NCBI RefSeq assembly: GCF_052425735.1
Contig: NC_135763.1
Coordinates: 33,170,001 to 33,234,000, forward strand
DNA length: 64,000 bases
From: Oculina patagonica
Taxonomy: Eukaryota
Reading direction: 5' to 3'
Shown here one piece after another: positions 12,901 through 25,210 of this stretch. Both the position numbers and the translations under genes were made by a program. The number at the start of each line of letters is the position of its first letter. The first letter of the stretch is position 1. The notes beneath the pieces are model-generated. The model made no database searches, was not told the origin of the DNA, and was given only the letters and a program-made list of their open reading frames with translations.

Positions 12901-15900
12901 CTGAAGATCCCCCATTCCAAGATGTCTTTGATTCACAAGACCACAATGAAGAGTCACATCGACAACAACCGATTCAACAACCAAATAAGGGGAAGTCCAA
13001 AAGCAGAAAGGTGGATGAACTCGTAAAGGTGCCCAAAAAGGACGGGGACAAGAGAGGATTGGGCGTTCCAAGGAAGAAAGATGAAAACCCAAGTCTTGCC
13101 TACAACAAAGCAAAGGACCGCATTAACTCGTCCTGTGTAGGAGAGTTTGCTGTTGCGGACGATGGTGCCAATAACCATTCTGATGCAGTCAATGGAGCGT
13201 GCGGATATCAAAGCAACTGGCTTCTTCAAGCTGTTAAAAACCCCCAGGCTGGTAAAGAAGACAATGAACGTGGTTCAAAGAGGAAAGGTAAACGTACTCT
13301 TGGCTTGAAAGGTGGACAAAAAGATGAATTTGCTTCAAGTTACAGTTCCTGTGATGCTGACAAGGCATACACCACCGTATCAAGTTACCTTGGAATAGAG
13401 CCTGATTTTCTCGCCCGTCATACCAATGATGACAGTATGTCTTTGAAGTACAACTCTTGTAAAATGGGCGAAACTGAAAAATGGTTTTGCAAATTTCCAG
13501 ATTGTCCAGAATGCTCTGAAAGAAATACGGCTAGTGTTACCACCACTGCCTGGATGTCTCCGGCTCAAACCCCTTTAAACCCTAACGGTTATCAGCCTCA
13601 GCAGTCTTTCATCGACTCCTACAATGGCGAATTCTCCAATCCTGAAGTCGATGCAAACTGGAACCTACCACCACCACCACCTCTATTTCCCAGTCTTCCT
13701 TACGATGTACCTAAGGAACGTCATTACCTGTCAGAAAATCACTTTGCCATTGGTACTGTCCAATCAAGAACTTCGTATATCGACCCTGTTGGAGGGTTCG
13801 CGCTGCTTCCAAACTGCAATGACGTAGGCGGGCAAAATATTCAAACAGACATCGGTCAGTCTGCATTTTCAGTTACTCCGACATCAACCACGCAGAATGC
13901 GCTTCCGGCCTTGCAAGCTGAAGTCGCTTCGACATCGGAAAGAGCTACAAGACAACAGGAGCGAGAAAGAACAGAAAGGGAAATGGGCACGGCAACAGGT
14001 TTAACAAATGGAGAAAGTACAACGATGCAGCCGGAGTTAGTGAACAGTAATTCACGCACATCAGATGACGACTCCTTAGCTGCTCTCGAGCGACGAGTAG
14101 CTGAAGCATGCTCACTTGTGGAAAGAGTCTTGAAAGAAAGGGAAGAAAGAGAAAAAGCGATGAAAGAAAGAGAACGGAGACAAAGAGAAGAGCGTGCTCA
14201 GAGAGAACTACAAGAACGCGAAAGGAGAGAAAGAGAAGTGAGAGAAACGAGACAAAGGAATGAGAGCGGAGAAAGCACATCGACAGGCAGCGAGGAAGAG
14301 GCTCCTTCCCAGCATACAGCGCTTCCTGAGAGTCCGCAGTGGCTATGTGAACATTATCAGCGGCTTTGTCGTGTCAAGTTCCCCTGTTGTGGAAGGTTCT
14401 ATCCATGCCATCGCTGTCATAACAACTCAGACGAGTGTATTAATGACAACTGCAAAGCAAAAGAAGCGTTTTATCTTGAATGCTCGGTTTGTAGACACCA
14501 GCAAGCGGTACGTAAAACACATACAGTTAGTTTAGGCCATAAATGTAGAAGATTCGAACGTTTGTTCTTCTCATCTGATTTAAGTTGTCCGACTTGGCGT
14601 CCCGGTATATTGCAAATAGAAGAGTTACAAAGCCTTCTTAATAAATCAAATCAAAGGGTTGAATTGTATGTACAGATGAGCCACTTCAGAATTATTAAAA
14701 CAAAGTTTGATTACACGTATCTTTCTTTAGAATTACGTTTACGGGACTTATTGGGAATTGCACATGCAACTGCTACTGCCACAGAAAAGGCAAGGCTGCT
14801 GACTTTGGCAGAAATTCTCAGTCAATTCGTCTTGCCATCCCGTACTTAGCCCTTATGGGGCGCTTTTATACCATGAAATGAAAACATATCTCCTTTGCTT
14901 GTTTTCAAAGATCAATCAAGACGCCCAAACGTGTGCCAGATGCAAGACAAAGATGTCGGCGTATTTCTGCTCAACGTGCAAACACTTTACTGGTGAAGAT
15001 AAATATCCGTATCATTGTACAAAGTGCGGCATTTGTCGGTAAGTAGAAACATCATGCCCAGATGGTTAAAATTCAGATGTGTCAGTTCATTGATATTAAG
15101 TCTTTACTAGATTGATGTTGATTGAAGAGCTAGAGAGGAGAGGATATTCGTCACCAAGCTGTGATGTCTTTCCTCTTATTTTCAGGATTCACAAAGACAG
15201 ATCTTTCCATTGTGACGTGTGTAACGTTTGTCTGGATAAACGGCTTCAGGGAAAACATAAGTGCAGAGCAAATTCTGGACATGATGAGTGCTGCATTTGC
15301 TTGGAGGTAATTGCATGCATTATTTATAAAGGCAAGGCCGTAGCCGCTTGAGGCAAACTGGGGCAGTTGCCTAAGTCATTTTTTCGTTTTTGTTGTTATC
15401 TTTTGAAGGGGGAAAGTAAATGCCTACGGAGAGAATTTATATTGCCTCAGTCATAATTTTTTTTTCTGGCTAAGGCCTTAAAAGGCCATACTGTTTTAGG
15501 CATCGCGGAAACGGGTGCGGAGTGTCCGAGTTACGCGTTGAGAAAAAACTAGTCAAGTTAATTATGGCCTTGACTCACCAGAGTCTGGACGCTTTCAAAC
15601 TTAGTTATTAAGTTGAACTTGAAAAGCGAACTTGTGTTTTATTAAAACAGACAAACTAACAAAGAGACTCAGTCAACAAATAGACGGTACAGGTGAACCG
15701 CAGATCATGTCAAACAAGCTCAGCGAAGAATATCTGCCCAGCGCTGAAAAGCGTCTTCAGGGTGTAATAGCATCTTGAGGCTGTATAAACCAAGCGAACT
15801 TGTTGCACAAAAAACAGACAAACTAACAAAGAAACTCAGTTAACAAATAGACGGTACAGGTGAACCGCAGATCATGTCAAACAAGCTCAGCGAAGATTAT

Positions 15901-17148
15901 CTGCCCAGCGCTGAAAAGCGTCTTCAGGGTGTAATAGCATCTTGAGGCTGTATAAGCCAAAGTGCAGTGCTCCACTATTCACCAACTGAAGAATGCAGCA
16001 AAAGGAGGCGATATAGCGAGTCCGGAAGCAGCGATGGTGGGACACTTCCAAAAGCAAAGCCGCCAAACCTAAGTGTAGAAGAAAAAGATGGAATAGTGGA
16101 GAACTTACAGTTGAGCTGCAAGTTTGCACTTAAAATGTGCCGACCTGCTTTGGAAGGCATATAGAGAGAAGCTTATGAGTCCGAACTAGAAGAATACAGT
16201 AAAACAGAAGAATTTGGCGTCACAAGTAACACAGTAATTCATAGGTATAGAAATGTCCACAAAAAAATAGATGACTATTATTTTTATTTTAATCGTATCC
16301 CCAGGATGCGTTCAGCGGTTGCCAGATCTTGCCATGCTCACACAAGGTTCACAGAGAGTGCGCCATTGCAATGATACAGAACGGCGTGTAAGTATACCTG
16401 AAATGTCCTCCTGTTGCAGCTGTTTTTATTGCGATCTTCAATTTTTGACAGAGCAATTACATTGGTGTAGGTTAGAGCAGTTTTCAAGTGAGTGTCGTAA
16501 AACCAAAGCCAAAGTAATTACTCTGGCCAATCACAAAGGACACAGACAATCCAGTTAACCAATCAAAACTCGAAGCAAATACATGTAGCTGGCACGAAGC
16601 GCGGGAAAACGTGCGCGAGCGCGTCACGATTGGTTTTGGTTTTAGTTCTGATTGGCTGAGAAAGTGGCGCGAGACTTTTAAACCAATCACTAAGCGTAGT
16701 GAACGCAAAACCAAAGCAAACGCAATTAACTCTCGACACTCAAGTGAAAACCGCTCTAAAGGGTATTTCAAAATTTACCACTGCTAGCAGTGTTTCTGAA
16801 CGAACAATGAACCGAGATTCATTGAAGTCCCAATGACCCGCTCCAGTCCCAAACTCCTTTTATCACTGTTGGTAGGACATCACGGAAGTCCCGGGGTTCA
16901 AATCTTGTTGAAGCCTCACACACTTTTCATCTCTTCAGTGCTTTTTTTTTTCTATGTCCTGTCATAATTTTTGAGATTGTCACCTTTATTTGTCATTTGC
17001 ATGTATTTATCTGTACACTGTCGCAAAAAAATCTTAGACAAAGCAAGATAAGCTTGAATAAATCAGATTTCTTATCTCTTTATTCCACAGTCGCAGTTGT
17101 CCCATTTGCCGTCATCCCCTGTACAGTCAGACAGGAGGTACCGAGTAG
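9992..17148 (+). CDS. Gene A: TPR-like repeat / CHY-CTCHY zinc finger / RING-H2 protein (Pirh2/RCHY1-like C-terminus), putative E3 ubiquitin ligase, ~1451 aa
   Basis: Coding exons 9992-12010, 12561-14507, 14911-15038, 15186-15306, 16305-16387, 17091-17148, all GT-AG and frame-consistent (phases 0,0,2,0,2). CEHYQRLCRVKFPCCGRFYPCHRCH is CHY; YHCTKCGICR...FHCDVCNVC is CTCHY; CCIC...PCSHKVHREC...CPIC is RING-H2. N-terminal NMGCVY..A, NNLSLVL and SHPEVARCNEALA resemble TPR_10/12 repeats. Confidence 0.85.
15624..15960. repeat. Two-copy ~168-bp tandem duplication in gene A intron
   Basis: aagcgaacttg...catcttgaggctgtataa occurs at 15624-15791 and again at 15792-15960. Confidence 0.85.
15690..16222 (+). 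pseudogene. 3' remnant of the nested plus-strand gene (homologous to ~44705-45075)
   Basis: DNA match (tctgcccagcgctg, ccact.ttcaccaact, aaagccgccaaacc, gttgagctgcaag, gaagaatacag.a.aacagaagaatttgg) and peptide SESGSSDGGTLPKAKPPN...LQLSCKFALKMCRPALEGI versus SESGSSGGGTPPKPKPPN...LELSCKPAFEMFRPAFEEI. The 5' half is missing, with frame disruption and a premature TAG. Confidence 0.85.
16472..16759. mobile_element. MITE with TIR tagagcrgttttca...tgaaaaccgctcta
   Basis: Long imperfect TIRs; absent at the equivalent site of gene B (attggtgtagg..aagggtat near 46415-46440). Decayed relatives at ~40302-40540 and ~61268-61557. Confidence 0.8.
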
Positions 17149-17280
17149 ATGGCTGATACGGGAATGGGGAAAACAATACATCCAATGTATAAAATCGCTT
17201 CATTATTAAAATAAAACTAAAAGTCAAAACATTATAAGGGGATAAGAGGGAAAATTCATCATTAAGGTGAAATTCATTTT

Positions 17281-17319
17281 ACCCTGATGATGACTTAGAA
17301 TTAGTCGAAAACGCTCGGT
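17281..17319 (+). ncRNA. Minimal type I hammerhead ribozyme-like motif (Penelope-like element remnant)
   Basis: acc-CTGATGA-t-gact(tagaatt)agtc-GAAA-acgctc-ggt: conserved core, stem II gact/agtc, stem I acc/ggt, very short imperfect stem III. Confidence 0.55.
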
Positions 17320-17438
17320 TTTTTCTTTTTTGAAACTTTTTGGCATAATAAAATAAATTATTCCATATCCCGAGTGGACCACAGTAGACCACAATAAAAA
17401 AATTACTGGTTGTTCCAGTAATTGTGTTATCCATTTAA

Positions 17439-17831
17439 AGGGACCGTGTCACGGATTTAAGCCAAACTTAGGCACAGGAAATGACCATCAGATTCGTTTA
17501 AATATACAAAATAACCTCTTAAATCAGTGAAGGAACATTTCAATAACACAGCAAATACAAAAGAAGGCAAGGATGGCCAAAAGCGACGAAGATTGAAACG
17601 GATTGTGATATGGGTTTTTGAAATATGGTCCGGCGGAACAGTTTTCAAAGTTAATCTTGTCTGCTTGTAACTTTAAATTATAACGCCCGGGAGACACATT
17701 TGACTGCAATGAAGCTATGTTTTTTTTCATTTAGAATCATAGAATTAATTGCTTTGCAAACATTTAGTTTCATAGCGAATATTTGACAAAATTTTATAAC
17801 ATAAAATTAAATTAGTCGTGACATAGTCCCT
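17439..17831. mobile_element. TTAA-flanked MITE (Kolobok-type)
   Basis: TIR agggaccgtgtcacg / cgtgacatagtccct, with TTAA at 17435-17438 and 17832-17835. Confidence 0.75.
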
Positions 17832-18464
17832 TTAAGTCTTAGTCTTAGTTAAGAGGCAATTTCGAAAATTTTGTAGTTTCAGCCTAAGATTAGTACCCAG
17901 AGTTTGCGAGCCGTGTATAGTTCTTTACGGTCAAGGAATGCCCGACGTCACAAGTCCTATTTTTGTCAATTATGGCTTATTATAACCAGCTACATTTATG
18001 TATATAAAAAACGTATTCAGGTATCGTGTACTGTAAACCGAAAGCAAAATGAAGTGCCTCCTTTGGGGTAGTAGGTCTTAACTGGACTGCGTGCAGACGT
18101 TTCCTTTTTACGTCTGCAAGCAAGTTGATCAAATTTAATAGATTGCAAGTAGAAGTTTAGACGGTACACAACTTAAACATAGCGTTATTTACATAATTGA
18201 AAACTTGAAATAACAAACAGAATTTCAGGTCTGAATTACGCTTTAAGTTTAAAAATAGATCTAGAGAAAAATAACGATTACCACAGAAAAAGGTGTCTGA
18301 ACTAACCGATTTGTTGAATGAAGTGAAGTTAAACAAGCCACTTCAAGAATTAACAGTTTTTAATAGAAATAGTTTAAGTATTTGTTTTAAAATTTTCACA
18401 GTGGGAAACGTTTGTATCGCCTACAAGTATAATAGTTTCAACTGTTCCTTGAACAGCAAAAAAA

Positions 18465-18495
<31 letters not shown>

Positions 18496-21155
18496 AGGCA
18501 AAAAAGGCAAAAAAAAGAGAATCATTAAAAAGGAACAACACGAAAAAAGTCTACAAGAGGTGCATACGCCACGGTTAAGTAGTTTGGCTCTCGCTGATTA
18601 AAAATAACGTGAAAAAGCAACCGATCAAACATAAATCGAAAATCATTAACCATTAGTGAAAATATCATTTTTGTGCTCAAATCATATTGTTAAACATTTA
18701 TCAAGGTATATGAAAGTGATCAAAGATTACATGCATATTTTAAGATCAAGAAAGATAACAGTTTTCAAAAACAAGCTATAACTTGTACACTGAAATGATG
18801 AAACAGAGACTAAAGACCAGGCATAAAATGACTTGTCAGCATTACAAAATATCAAGTGTTTTCCGGCAATACACTTCATTTTAACTATGATTTCAACTGG
18901 TCAAAACAGCCTAAAAGGCAGGGTGGATTCGTGGAAGAAAAACTACGTCGAAGATAAGACAGTATATTTGTCTTTTTTCTATAAGTATATTATAATAATA
19001 TACCTTTGTTTTTACTATTTTCAGTAAATTTTCGCTACATTTTACAGGAACCTGTAGCTGTATGCTTAGTTCAGTCTGGTGGTAGTTTTTTTTAAGCCCA
19101 TGGAATTTTTGCATAGTTTATCAACTTAGCTTTAATGTAACTTAAAATAGGTACAGTGGGTTAAAATAGGCGAATTAGAATTTTATTCTGCTTTAGTGAC
19201 TTTAAGTCCAAGAGATTCTTTGCATGATAGAAGGCCCGGACTCATGTTGCAACATTGCACGCAATATTCTTCACTTAACGTGGCATTTTCCCCCGCACCA
19301 CCGTTGATGAAGCAAGCAAGTTCTGATGTTTACAACTACGTAACCAAAATGGTCACGATAACCAGGACAAAAGCCGAGGAGAACAACTACAGATATTTAG
19401 TGCTTTTATTCTCGTGCAAAAGAAAAAAATAGTTGTGTTTTGTTTAAAGATTAAATGACTTAAAAGCAGACAATGGATGATTCTTCTCCCACGCTATTGC
19501 TCGCAATGTTGCGACAGTGGACACCGACACGGTTTCAATTTTGCCATGTTGCACCGAGTGTCCGGGCCTCAATTTTTTAACATTAAAATACAAAAAAGGA
19601 TCTTGACGAAACGAAATAAAGATAGCTCGAGAATAAGTGCACAAGGTGATCGTAAACCTGAGATCAAACCTATTCTTAAGGCTAGAGATCCTGGATTTTA
19701 CTATCATATTACCGCTGCAAATCCAGAGGTAGAATGTAAGGGAACTTCGTAAGAGTCGAGAGGTTTTGCGATTTCTTAACATTAGATTATTTTAGGGCTG
19801 GACCATTAGATATCAGAAGTAAGGGGGAGGCGGTGGTGACAATTTCCTAACAAAATTCGTGCATTATCCAAAAACCCTGCAAACAGTTTATAGCAAAAAC
19901 GAAATCTTGCAATACCTGCAGACCTTGCACGCCTTTAAACCAGTCTTTAAAAATCCCTAGAGAGCTTAAGGCTTAAGATTTCTAAGTAATGGTCCACCCG
20001 TTACCGACGACAGCCACAATATATGATGGCATTGTTTAGCCTAAGTGTATGTTAGTCTAAGTGTTGTAATGTTAATAGTATTGACTTTATAAAGTAGAGT
20101 AATTTTTGTAACTATTTTTTCACACTGTCTAAGCTGTACTGTAAAGTAGCTCCTTTTGTAAAGTTAGTGATCTATATTTTGTAATCATCGTAATGTTGTA
20201 TGTTTAATGTTGTAAGTACTTGCAAATAAAAAAATGTCGGTCAATTTGACTAAAGATCGGTGAGCTAATAAACTGCAATAAATGTAACAGTAGCTGTTTG
20301 CGTTTAGATTTGTGTAATTTTAACTTACCCTGGGGTAGCTCCTATCAGTACGGATAGGCTTTGCCCAAAAAAGGTACCTTTTCAGGGTGTAGATATATAA
20401 ACAGGTAGTCATTTTACTGTTGAAGTATAGAAATGGGCCTTTCCAAAGATCTTGAACACTGAGATTGGCAAACGAACGGTCGATACATCTTTATACCATA
20501 ACCGAGAGAATTCTCGCGCGCTGATTGGTCTTAAGTTATGGTCGATGAGAGTTTATATAATAACCTGAATTCTACGCGCATTTTGATTGGTTCTTACTTA
20601 TGATCTATCAGAGCACAGACACATAGTTAACGTCACGCGGTGGTGTGACTCGCGCGCGTGATCATAGTTCATAGTCCAAATCAGAGTTGTCGGCAAAGTT
20701 TTTCAAACTTGCGGGGCCACAACAAAGCAAAAAAAGTTCAGCTTAATTACAAATCTTTAGTGAGAAACAAAATTACGCCAAGCATCGTTTACCTTTCGAA
20801 GCATTTAACTGGGCGAAACAAGCTTGAAGAAGACAGTGAATTATTCGAGAAATTATCCGAAATCTGTATGAAAGTTTGACCGGTGTTGTACAGTTGGACG
20901 ACGCCACGGGAAACAAACGAATTGCGGTTGAACGCTTCGGTTAATGCTTACAGATTTGAACAACTTCAGTTTCCAAATCGGAATAAAGGTTAGTTTTTTC
21001 ATTGACTTTCAATTGACCATTTTTCTGTTTATTCAATCGGATTAACAATGCTTCGTGTTAACGAAAACTTAATAGTGAAATCAAAACAACTTAGCTCATC
21101 GGTACGGCAGCATTGCTCACACAGAAGTGTGCTGAAGTCTTGTGTTATTATATAA

Positions 21156-21343
21156 AACAAATAGATTTCATTTTGCCGTGGGTCTGTTCAGTAATAGATC
21201 ACAGAAGACGTCAAAATATGGTATGAACATCAGTGACCCACTCGGCTAGCCCCTCGTGCGCCACTTCCTTGTTCATACCACATTTTGACGTCATCTGTGA
21301 TCTATTACTGAACAGACGCAAGACAAAATGAAATCTATTTGTT
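21156..21343. repeat. Hairpin-forming terminal part of an interspersed repeat
   Basis: About 70-bp inverted arms aacaaatagatttcattttg...gacgtcaaaatatggtatgaaca and its reverse complement, inside a nested repeat cluster from ~20495. Confidence 0.7.
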
Positions 21344-22373
21344 AAATAGACCATGAAAGTGACGTCAGATCACGACACGCACACGCGCGGGCTGAAAGAT
21401 GTGTAAGTTTGGTCTCCATAAATGAAAGCGAATTTCATCGTGTTTGGTTTGAATTGAAGTACGCATTTGTTTTCGGAATTCAGGATTGGACTTCTACTTA
21501 GGTGATCTGTCGAAAGTAAATTGAACCAGGCTTTTGAATTTTTGGTCTAATTGAGAAGAACGGTGCTAGCGAACCGGCAGGGGACTGTCGATGTTTAGTG
21601 AACGAGCGCTAACAAGATCTTTAGACAGAAATCTTGTTCGCTTCAATCCATAGGCACACACTCAACCAGAGAGGAAAAGGTAATTAAAATTGTTATTCTT
21701 TGAATTATTGTTTATCTTCTTTTATTTTTCACATGGCTCGTTTTCCTTTGTTCTTCCAGGCTGGTTATATTGAATAAAGCCCGCTAATTAACAACTGTCT
21801 GAAAAGCTGGGAGCGGCTTTGATTGTAACAGGGGAGAGCGGGGCTGATATTTTAATATTCCACCAGGGGAATATTAGAGTTGATAGCCCCCTAGGGGAAT
21901 AAAACCACAACTTTACTTTAATAACGTTACATTCATTTCAGACCTTGACTGTTGTTACATTTTATTTTAAATACTACTGAGCAATTGCTCAATTGAAAAC
22001 ATGAGAAATGCGTTCCGGAACTCGTGCCTCGGCGTTTGCTTTTTCAGAATTCCGAAGCAGTTTTATATAGTTCGGTTGCTAACTCTTCGGCGTTTTCTTC
22101 CCATTTGTTTCCACCTGGTTAAAGCTAAACAACCCTTTTGTCGCCTCCTCAATGCTAATTAAACTGAGCGTTTTTGTAGTCCTCTTCCCGCTTCTTAGAG
22201 GATAGCAGGCTCCAAGTTATTGCCTGGATTTGTCGAAAAATTCAGTAGAACTTTCCTTTGCAGATGTTGAGGATAAAGTAGACTAGGATATATTTACACC
22301 ACCCCTGCCCCCTACAAATTGTAAAAGTCGCGCTAAGTATCTTGGGTAAAATAAAGCACGAGGTTCGTTTTTG

Positions 22374-22633
22374 CACAGGTAACCAAAGCGTACTATGAGA
22401 GCTTGTATGGATGTACTAAGAAGGCTTGTATGGCTTTGAAATAAAGTTGAGAAAAATATCCCTTTTTACCGGTCAAAAGTTATAATGAAACTTTAAACCT
22501 TACCTGGTGTCACGTTTTTGTATTTCTAGTGCTTTAGAAAGTCATACGCGCGATTTTCGTCTTAACCGTCTGTTGCGTACAGCTCTTATAGTACATCCAT
22601 ACAAACTCTCATAGTACGCTTTGGTTACCTGTG
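22374..22633. mobile_element. MITE with CAC...GTG termini
   Basis: About 45-bp TIR cacaggtaaccaaagcgtactatgagag / ctctcatagtacgctttggttacctgtg. TSD not clear. Confidence 0.75.
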
Positions 22634-23587
22634 GTTTTTGTCCGCCATATTGGACATGTAGTTTTATTCTCAGGAGCGTGCAAAAGTGTGTTCTTCCTCC
22701 CTCGGCCGGCAACATTTGGGGGCCTGTCCGGGAGAAATTATTCCGTAAAAGTTAAAGCAACATTTTTACGCTATGATTCCGGCTTTCCGATGAATGTTTT
22801 GATAAAGAACTCTGTTCGCAGGATGCTAAGTTCGAGAATTTCTCCGACAAAAAAATACTATATGAGTAATCTGACAGAAAGACAGTTTCGGTATAGCTAT
22901 ACACACTTGTCTTAATTAACGAATTAATAAGCTCTGCGTTGATTCCCAGCATAATTATTTTGTGATAAACAGTGCAAAAGTGAAACTGAATGAAATGCGA
23001 AGTTTGGACGTACGGCACAATATTGTGAGAATTAATTTGGTTGTTTTTAATTAACGAATCTCATTTTCTTGAATGATGGCAACTAGTGTCTTGTTTTGGC
23101 AAAAAAGTGGCCGATAAAAAGACAGTTTTTACTCAAAATTGAAGTTTAAAACCGGCGCAGCTTATCGTTATGGCGTGAAAATGATTGCAAAATGCACAAA
23201 CAACCACAAACTCACAAACTATCAACTAGAACTTAATTTGTCGATAAACAAAATAAACACTCGCCTTTAGAAGAACTTCGAGGCCTTTAATTCCACTTCT
23301 ATTCTGTCTTTTCGCATTTACAACAGTTGGTGAGCGGCTATTTCGATTTCGCTGAGCAAATCTTTCATGTGTTCGTTCGTCAGTACAACGCAGCAAAATG
23401 ATTTCGCGCGGAAAGTACACTCGACGATTCATCTCGCAACGGATACCGCCCGCTGTGAGCGGGCCGGATTGGAGAATACCGCCCGCTCCTGGAACCAATC
23501 AGATCGCAGGATTTGTAGAATACCGCCCGCTCACGAACAAAGAAAAAAATAAATTTAATTATCCAGTCACTGTGTCCGGCACAGTTA

Positions 23588-23732
23588 AGGCTGGTTCTCA
23601 TATGATCGTCCCGATCGTCTCTGTTGCTTCTGTCGTTTGCAAAGTCTGAGGTGATTGGAGCAAGCAAACTTTAAATTTTTGAAGCGACAGAAGCGACAGA
23701 GACGTTCGGGACGATCATATGAGGACCAGGCT
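23588..23732. mobile_element. Short MITE, probably PIF/Harbinger-type
   Basis: TIR aggctggttctcatatgatcgtccc / gggacgatcatatgaggaccaggct in TTA/TAA context. Confidence 0.65.
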
Positions 23733-24876
23733 TTAAGTGGCAGTTTCTCTTAAAGCGGTCCATCGCATTTCGGGTCGGAAAATAGTTTTCCCTCAAACTT
23801 TGCCCAGTGAACTATCTTAGGTTGTAAGTAAATGCAACGGCTTTAGTTTTTGGAAATACGTTAAAATATATTTTTTAGAGCTCTCGACAGTGAAGGCTGC
23901 AAAAGGTCTAATTTTGAGCTTGGCCAGAACGAGAAATTTCATAAGTTGACGAGCTCGCCGCTCAAAAACAACCAAACGCACCAAATTATATTTATTATTC
24001 CTAAGTTAAGTGGTTCTTCAAAGGTTGGAAACGCATGTTAATTTTGATATATTTTGATTTACGGGTCCGTGAAAATTTAAATAACAGCAACCGTTAGATC
24101 GCTTTTTGTAAACATGCAAAAGTATGGTGTCTTCGCCGGCCTTTATTTCACGAGTCCAGACCAGGCTATTCTAAATTCCAACTGAATCCTACTAAACAGA
24201 TGTTAGGAAGCATAGAAATATAAAAATACCTTGCACTTTTTATCTTCCTTTGCCACAGCGACTTCGAACATTTCGTGCTTTTGCGAGTAAGTAAGCTCAT
24301 TTGCATAATGTGTATAAAATACTCGCATAAGCACGAAATGTTCGAAGTCGCTGTGGCAAAGGAAGATAAAAAGTGCAAGGTATTTTTATATTTCTAAGCT
24401 TCCTAACATCTGTTTAGTAGGATTCAGTTGGAATTTAGAATGGTCTGGTCTGGACTCGTGAAATAAAGGCCGGCGAAGACACCATACTTTTGCATGTTTA
24501 CAAAAAGCGATCTAAAGGTTGCTGATATTTAAATTTTCACGGACCCGTAAATCAAAATATATCAAAATTAACATGCGTTTCCGACCTTTGAAGAACCACT
24601 TAACTTAGGAATAATAATAATAATTTGGTGCGTTTGGTTATTTTTGAGCGGCGAGTTCGTCAACTTATGAAATTTCTCGTTCTGGGCAAGCTCAAAATTA
24701 GGCCTTTTGCAGCCTTCACTGTTGAGAGCTCTAAAAAATATATTTTAACGTATTTCCAAAAACTAAAGTCGTTGCATTTACTTACAACCTAAGATAGTTC
24801 ACTGGGCAAAGTTTGAGGGAAAACTATTTTCCGACCCGAAATGCGATGGACCGCTTTAAGGGAAACTGCCACTTAA
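23733..24876. mobile_element. 1.14-kb near-perfect palindrome (foldback element)
   Basis: Arms 23733-24289 and 24320-24876 are reverse complements with scattered mismatches around a 30-nt spacer. TTAA at both outer ends and again at 23750-23753 / 24856-24859. Confidence 0.9.
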
Positions 24877-24989
24877 TAAGCGTTGATCTGACTATTTCAC
24901 AATTTGCAATGTCTGCTTGTAAGAAATATGCGGCAAGAATACAGCCGTGCACGAGTTGCGTACCTTTTTTATTTTAAATATTTTAAGAT

Positions 24990-25210
24990 ATAAACAAGCA
25001 AAGATTAACGTTAAAAGCCGACGTTTCGGCGTCATCGTGACACCATTCTCAAGGCAAAGTGAATAAATAATGCGATATCAGTTTCTATAGTCTCTATAGT
25101 CTCTAGAGACTATAGAAACTGATATCACATTATTTATTCACTTTGCCTTGAGAATGGTGTCACGATGACGCCGAAACGTCGGCTTTTAACGTTAATCTTT
25201 GCTTGTTTAT
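24990..25210. mobile_element. Palindromic Penelope-like terminal remnant with a hammerhead motif on each strand
   Basis: About 105-bp inverted arms. Plus 25145-25183 gcc-TTGAGAA-t-ggtgtca(cga)tgacgcc-GAAA-cgtc-ggc; mirror copy on minus at 25017-25055. Confidence 0.7.

Larger units (their letters stand above)
2250..20310. repeat. Segmental tandem duplication, unit A
   Basis: Collinear homologous blocks with 26890-49490, e.g. 2460-2690/26945-27170, 2860-2960/28405-28530, 4760-4825/31320-31390, 6230-6260/33287-33317, all coding exons, 17890/47062, 19790/49178, 20275/49459. Boundaries are approximate. Confidence 0.85.

Noticed and set aside
9992-14849. Two separate genes as in the ORF track (695 aa and 700 aa)
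   Set aside because: A phase-0 GT-AG intron joins them, paralog B is one continuous ORF, the second ORF starts at TTG, and both ORF tails are intron read-through.
16790-16960. tRNA-like B box (ggttcaaatc; also near 46550)
   Set aside because: No cloverleaf; a decayed SINE relic shared by both duplicate units.
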